Shown here in pieces: positions 41,752-46,234 of a DNA stretch of 46,234 nt. Numbering within the stretch: the first letter of the stretch is position 1; every line of letters begins with the position of its first letter. The stretch comes from a virus (taxonomy: Duplodnaviria; Heunggongvirae; Uroviricota; Caudoviricetes). The stretch lies in the IMG/VR virus record IMGVR_UViG_2718218309_000006; one strand, written 5' to 3'. The notes beneath the pieces are model-generated. The model was not told the DNA's origin. It made no database searches and worked only from the letters and a program-made list of their open reading frames with translations. A program made the position numbers and the translations under genes.

Positions 41752-41967
41752 ATGACACCTCAGCAGGAAAACGCCCTTCGCAGCATTGCCCGTCAGGCTA
41801 ATTCTGAAATCAAAAAAGCCAGACAGCAGTTTCCGGATAAAAACGTCGATGACATTTGCCGTAGCGTACTGAAGAAGCACCGCGAAACGGTAACGCTGAT
41901 GGGATTCACACCGACTCATTTAAGCCTGGCAATCGGCATGTTAAACGGCGTCTTTAAGGAACGATGA
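41752..41967 (+). CDS. Lambda orf61-like small protein
   Basis: Starts MTPQQENALRSIARQANSEIKKARQQFPDKNVDDICRSVLKKH; ORF-track extension upstream is probably untranslated. Confidence 0.6.
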   Translation: MTPQQENALRSIARQANSEIKKARQQFPDKNVDDICRSVLKKHRETVTLMGFTPTHLSLAIGMLNGVFKER

Positions 41968-42065
41968 ACATGAAAAGCAAAATCATCAGGGAGCTACAGG
42001 CTCCTTTTTTATTATTCGCATTCACCCTCAAGCGTATTAACCAACAATTCAGGGATTAATGGAAG

Positions 42066-42287
42066 ATGGCAGACATCATTGATTCAGCATCAGAAATTGA
42101 AGAATTACAGCGCAACACAGCAATAAAAATGCGCCGCCTGAACCACCAGGCTATATCTGCCACTCATTGTTGTGAGTGTGGCGATCCGATAGATGAACGA
42201 AGACGCCTGGTCGTTCAGGGTTGTCGGACTTGTGCAAGTTGCCAGGAGGATCTGGAGCTTATCAGTAAACAGAGAGGTTCGAAGTGA
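42066..42287 (+). CDS. TraR/DksA-family C4 zinc-finger protein (lambda orf73-like)
   Basis: 73 aa, C-x2-C...C-x2-C motif (CCECGDPIDERRRLVVQGCRTCASCQ). Confidence 0.8.
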   Translation: MADIIDSASEIEELQRNTAIKMRRLNHQAISATHCCECGDPIDERRRLVVQGCRTCASCQEDLELISKQRGSK

Positions 42288-42439
42288 GCGAAATTAACTA
42301 GAAGCCAAAGATAAAATCATCGCTGAGCAGGAGAAAATCGCTAACGGAGAAAAGACAGTAAGTCAGTATATGAAAACCGCATGATATCATCAGATAAAAA
42401 TCGGTCGTAAAGCGAAATATTAATACCAGAACAAACGAG

Positions 42440-42463
42440 TCGAGGTAAATTATATTACCTCGA
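42440..42463. terminator. Hairpin between convergent orf73 and the membrane-protein gene (TCGAGGTAA-attata-TTACCTCGA)
   Basis: 9-bp perfect stem with A/T-rich flanks. Confidence 0.4.
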
Positions 42464-42497
42464 TAAATTAACTAAAACTTGCCCGCTATATACTATA

Positions 42498-43100
42498 TCA
42501 TTCAGTATCATCACGCGCGGTCTGTGCATATGTCACTACCGCACCTAATATATTAATTTTCTTTTCAACATAGATAATATTATCGTACTCATAATTGCCA
42601 TACGGATAGCAAATGCGAATATTCTCATGTAGTTCGGGGTCATCCACCTCAGCTCCAGAACAACTTTTTGAACTACCGGAAGTATACCGATACGGTGCAA
42701 CATAAGACGATGTCTCTCCAGGCAAAAAATAAGTTAGTGTCGTAAGGGGTATAATCAGAAAAAATCCAGCAAATATGCACATCCCTGCATAAACCTTAAG
42801 GTATGCTGACAGACTCTTCCAGCCTCTTTGTTTTACTATCCCCTTCTTAACCCAAAACAGAGATAACAGAAAAGCTATTCCCATGCTAAACAGAATGTAA
42901 TAGTGGGATATACTCTGATTAAGAAACGTGACCCTGTAGATATCTGCCCGCCACCAGAAGAAAAGGAAAATAAAGATCAGCCCTGAAACTGTCATGCAAA
43001 TCAAATAAGGATACGAATCTTTTTTCATGTTTAGCGCCCATAAAATTTTTCCTGACCCGGACAAATTTACCATCCATTTTTTGCGCAGAAAATAGCTCAT
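42498..43100 (-). CDS. Hypothetical polytopic membrane protein (about 3 TM helices plus Cys-containing C-terminal domain); AT-rich moron
   Basis: 200 aa; hydrophobic segments YPYLICMTVSGLIFIFLFFWW, YYILFSMGIAFLLSLFWV, VYAGMCIFAGFFLIIPLTTLTYFL; opposite orientation to flanking genes; start codon uncertain. Confidence 0.55.
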   Translation of the reverse strand: MSYFLRKKWMVNLSGSGKILWALNMKKDSYPYLICMTVSGLIFIFLFFWWRADIYRVTFLNQSISHYYILFSMGIAFLLSLFWVKKGIVKQRGWKSLSAYLKVYAGMCIFAGFFLIIPLTTLTYFLPGETSSYVAPYRYTSGSSKSCSGAEVDDPELHENIRICYPYGNYEYDNIIYVEKKINILGAVVTYAQTARDDTE

Positions 43101-43549
43101 TACTTACTGCACAATAATACACAAAATTGCGTAAATTTTTTGCATGGATTTTAGCTCTTTCAGCCGAAATTTAAGGGGTAAATAGCATTTCCTAAAAGCA
43201 ACTGCACCAACCCAACAGAATGGGCTACCGCTTACGTTGAGAGCAAAAAAGTGTATAGCAGCAATGAACAGCATCCTCGCACTGACGAGGATTTCTTTTA
43301 TCTGAACTCGCTACGGCGGGTTTTGTTTTATGGAGATGATAAATGCACTTCCGAGTCACAGGTGAATGGAATGGAGAACCATTCAACAGAGTTATCGAAG
43401 CCGAGAACATCAGCGACTGCTATGACCACTGGATGCTGTGGGCGCAGATAGCACATGCAGACGTAACCAATATTCGAATTGAAGAACTGAAAGAACACCA
43501 AGCCGCCTGATGGCGGTTTTTTCTTGCGTGTAATTGCGGAGACTTTGCG

Positions 43550-43768
43550 ATGTACTTGACACTTCAGGAGTGGAACGCACGCCAGCGACGCCCAAGAAGC
43601 CTTGAAACAGTTCGTCGATGGGTACGCGAGTGCAGGATATTCCCTCCTCCGGTTAAGGATGGAAGAGAGTATCTGTTCCACGAATCAGCGGTAAAGGTTG
43701 ACTTAAATCGACCAGTAACAGGTAGCCTTTTGAAGAGGATCAGAAATGGGAAGAAGGCGAAGTCATGA
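43550..43768 (+). CDS. xis: Excisionase Xis
   Basis: 72 aa, MYLTLQEWNARQRRPRSLETVRRWVRECRIFPPPVKDGREYLFHESAVKVDLNRP... Confidence 0.95.
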   Translation: MYLTLQEWNARQRRPRSLETVRRWVRECRIFPPPVKDGREYLFHESAVKVDLNRPVTGSLLKRIRNGKKAKS

Positions 43769-44816
43769 GCGCCGGGATTTACCCCCTAACCTTTATATAA
43801 GAAACAATGGATATTACTGCTACAGGGACCCAAGGACGGGTAAAGAGTTTGGATTAGGCAGAGACAGGCGAATCGCAATCACTGAAGCCATACAGGCCAA
43901 CATTGAGTTATTTTCAGGACACAAACACAAGCCTCTGACAGCGAGAATCAACAGTGATAATTCCGTTACGTTACATTCATGGCTTGATCGCTACGAAAAA
44001 ATCCTGGCCAGCAGAGGAATCAAGCAGAAGACACTCATAAATTACATGAGCAAAATTAAAGCAATAAGGAGGGGTCTGCCTGATGCTCCACTTGAAGACA
44101 TCACCACAAAAGAAATTGCGGCAATGCTCAATGGATACATAGACGAGGGCAAGGCGGCGTCAGCCAAGTTAATCAGATCAACACTGAGCGATGCATTCCG
44201 AGAGGCAATAGCTGAAGGCCATATAACAACAAACCCTGTCGCTGCCACTCGCGCAGCAAAATCAGAGGTAAGGAGATCAAGACTTACGGCTGACGAATAC
44301 CTGAAAATTTATCAAGCAGCAGAATCATCACCATGTTGGCTCAGACTTGCAATGGAACTGGCTGTTGTTACCGGGCAACGAGTTGGTGATTTATGCGAAA
44401 TGAAGTGGTCTGATATCGTAGATGGATATCTTTATGTCGAGCAAAGCAAAACAGGCGTAAAAATTGCCATCCCAACAGCATTGCATGTTGATGCTCTCGG
44501 AATATCAATGAAGGAAACACTTGATAAATGCAAAGAGATTCTTGGCGGAGAAACCATAATTGCATCTACTCGTCGCGAACCGCTTTCATCCGGCACAGTA
44601 TCAAGGTATTTTATGCGCGCACGAAAAGCATCAGGTCTTTCCTTCGAAGGGGATCCGCCTACCTTTCACGAGTTGCGCAGTTTGTCTGCAAGACTCTATG
44701 AGAAGCAGATAAGCGATAAGTTTGCTCAACATCTTCTCGGGCATAAGTCGGACACCATGGCATCACAGTATCGTGATGACAGAGGCAGGGAGTGGGACAA
44801 AATTGAAATCAAATAA
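43746..44816 (+). CDS. int: Integrase Int (tyrosine recombinase, lambda type)
   Basis: 356 aa, MGRRRSHERRDLPPNLYIRNNGYYCYRDPRTGKEFGLGRDRRIAITEAIQANIELFSGHK... Confidence 0.95.
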   Translation: MGRRRSHERRDLPPNLYIRNNGYYCYRDPRTGKEFGLGRDRRIAITEAIQANIELFSGHKHKPLTARINSDNSVTLHSWLDRYEKILASRGIKQKTLINYMSKIKAIRRGLPDAPLEDITTKEIAAMLNGYIDEGKAASAKLIRSTLSDAFREAIAEGHITTNPVAATRAAKSEVRRSRLTADEYLKIYQAAESSPCWLRLAMELAVVTGQRVGDLCEMKWSDIVDGYLYVEQSKTGVKIAIPTALHVDALGISMKETLDKCKEILGGETIIASTRREPLSSGTVSRYFMRARKASGLSFEGDPPTFHELRSLSARLYEKQISDKFAQHLLGHKSDTMASQYRDDRGREWDKIEIK

Positions 44817-44904
44817 TGATTTTATTTTGACTGATAGTGACCTGTTCGTTGCAACAAATTGATAAGCAATGCTTTTTTATAATGCCAACTTAGTATAAAA
44901 AAGC
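44817..44904. other. attL: P' arm plus 15-bp core (GCTTTTTTATACTAA, present as ttagtataaaaaagc at 44890-44904)
   Basis: Reverse complement reads GCTTTTTTATACTAAGTTGGCATTATAAAAAAGCATTGCTTATCAATTTGTTGCAACGAACAGGTCACTATCAGTCAAAATAAAATCA as in lambda attP P' arm; host attB-like sequence on the far side. Confidence 0.88.
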
Positions 44905-44950
44905 AGGCTTCAACGGATTCATTTTTCTATTTCATAGCCCGGAGCAACCT

Positions 44951-46234
44951 GTGAACACATTTTCAGTTTCCCGTCTGGCGCTGGCATTGGCTTTTGGCGT
45001 GACGCTGACCGCCTGTAGCTCAACCCCGCCCGATCAACGTCCTTCTGATCAAACCGCGCCTGGTACCTCTTCTCGCCCGATTCTGTCGGCAAAAGAAGCG
45101 CAGAATTTCGATGCTCAACACTATTTTGCATCCCTGACACCAGGTGCTGCAGCGTGGAATCCTTCCCCGATTACCCTGCCTGCGCAACCTGACTTTGTTG
45201 TCGGCCCGGCGGGCACTCAAGGTGTAACGCATACCACGATTCAGGCGGCGGTAGATGCGGCAATTATCAAGCGTACCAACAAGCGCCAGTATATTGCCGT
45301 GATGCCTGGTGAGTATCAGGGAACGGTATATGTCCCTGCCGCTCCGGGTGGAATTACTCTGTACGGTACAGGTGAAAAACCGATTGATGTGAAGATTGGG
45401 CTTTCCCTTGATGGTGGCATGAGCCCTGCCGACTGGCGTCACGACGTCAACCCGCGCGGCAAATATATGCCAGGTAAACCAGCGTGGTATATGTACGATA
45501 GCTGCCAGAGCAAACGCAGCGACAGTATCGGTGTTCTCTGCTCTGCGGTCTTCTGGTCACAAAACAATGGCCTGCAACTGCAAAATCTGACCATCGAAAA
45601 CACGCTGGGCGATAGCGTAGATGCAGGTAACCATCCGGCGGTGGCACTGCGTACTGATGGTGACCAGGTACAGATTAACAACGTTAACATTCTCGGTCGT
45701 CAGAACACCTTCTTTGTCACCAACAGCGGTGTGCAGAACCGTCTGGAAACCAACCGTCAGCCGCGTACGCTGGTGACCAACAGCTACATTGAAGGGGATG
45801 TGGATATCGTTTCTGGTCGCGGCGCAGTGGTGTTCGATAACACCGAATTCCGCGTGGTGAACTCACGTACTCAGCAAGAAGCGTATGTGTTTGCACCGGC
45901 TACGCTGTCCAACATTTACTACGGTTTCCTCGCCGTAAACAGCCGTTTCAATGCTTTCGGTGATGGTGTGGCGCAACTGGGCCGCTCGCTGGATGTTGAT
46001 GCCAATACCAACGGTCAGGTGGTGATCCGTGATAGCGCCATCAACGAAGGTTTTAACACGGCGAAACCGTGGGCCGATGCGGTGATCTCTAATCGTCCGT
46101 TTGCGGGTAATACCGGCAGCGTAGATGATAACGACGAAATACAGCGCAATCTGAATGACACTAACTACAACCGCATGTGGGAATACAATAACCGCGGCGT
46201 GGGTAGTAAAGTGGTTGCAGAGGCGAAGAAGTAA
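44951..46234 (+). CDS. ybhC: Host gene ybhC (lipoprotein, pectinesterase-like acyl-CoA thioesterase)
   Basis: 427 aa, lipoprotein signal MNTFSVSRLALALAFGVTLTAC; ybhC flanks the lambda attachment site on the gal side in E. coli as recalled. Confidence 0.85.
   Translation: MNTFSVSRLALALAFGVTLTACSSTPPDQRPSDQTAPGTSSRPILSAKEAQNFDAQHYFASLTPGAAAWNPSPITLPAQPDFVVGPAGTQGVTHTTIQAAVDAAIIKRTNKRQYIAVMPGEYQGTVYVPAAPGGITLYGTGEKPIDVKIGLSLDGGMSPADWRHDVNPRGKYMPGKPAWYMYDSCQSKRSDSIGVLCSAVFWSQNNGLQLQNLTIENTLGDSVDAGNHPAVALRTDGDQVQINNVNILGRQNTFFVTNSGVQNRLETNRQPRTLVTNSYIEGDVDIVSGRGAVVFDNTEFRVVNSRTQQEAYVFAPATLSNIYYGFLAVNSRFNAFGDGVAQLGRSLDVDANTNGQVVIRDSAINEGFNTAKPWADAVISNRPFAGNTGSVDDNDEIQRNLNDTNYNRMWEYNNRGVGSKVVAEAKK

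Noticed and set aside
41672-41755. 27-aa hydrophobic peptide ORF (MTTTECIFLAAGFIFCVLMLADMGLVQ) overlapping the orf61 start
   Set aside because: Too short to call without comparative or expression evidence; may be a real small membrane peptide but not supportable from sequence alone.
43328-43681. 117-aa ORF on the minus strand
   Set aside because: Overlaps xis on the opposite strand; Xis matches lambda Xis.

Overview
The window is almost entirely a lambdoid prophage, which continues past the window start, plus the flanking host gene ybhC (44951-46234). All calls come from reading the ORF translations and sequence by eye and comparing with recalled lambda, DLP12, Rac and phage 21 proteins; no search or computation was run, and GC statements are visual estimates. 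Layout, low to high coordinate: a Gin/Pin-type invertible side-tail-fibre segment (stf'-tfa'-tfa-stf, 1-4896); lom; the lambda tail and head genes J-I-K-L-M-H-T-G-V-U-Z-FII-FI-E-D-C-B-W-A-Nu1 on the minus strand (5631-24441); an intact cos site (cohesive end 24619-24630); a ylcI/ybcV/KilA-N-like module; a phage-21-type lysis cassette (Rz/Rz1, SAR endolysin, pinholin); an OmpC-family porin gene antisense to the late operon; Q; nin genes (rusA, ybcO, ninE, ybcN); a low-GC accessory island with orphan ORFs, a ybcK-like large serine recombinase and emrE (31487-35041); ren-P-O with ori iterons; a Rac-like immunity region (YdaT-like, Cro/YdaS-like, divergent cI-like repressor); gam-bet-exo, small lambda orfs and TraR-like orf73; an AT-rich membrane-protein moron; xis-int; and attL (core 44890-44904). 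The most interesting points are the invertible tail-fibre switch with a gix-like crossover site inside stf, a 1-nt frameshift splitting tail gene K, and three accessory loci of unknown function (the recombinase island with its orphan ORFs, and the membrane-protein gene beside xis). Most of the window is well-understood lambda/DLP12-type biology; the unknown-function loci are candidates, not demonstrated systems.
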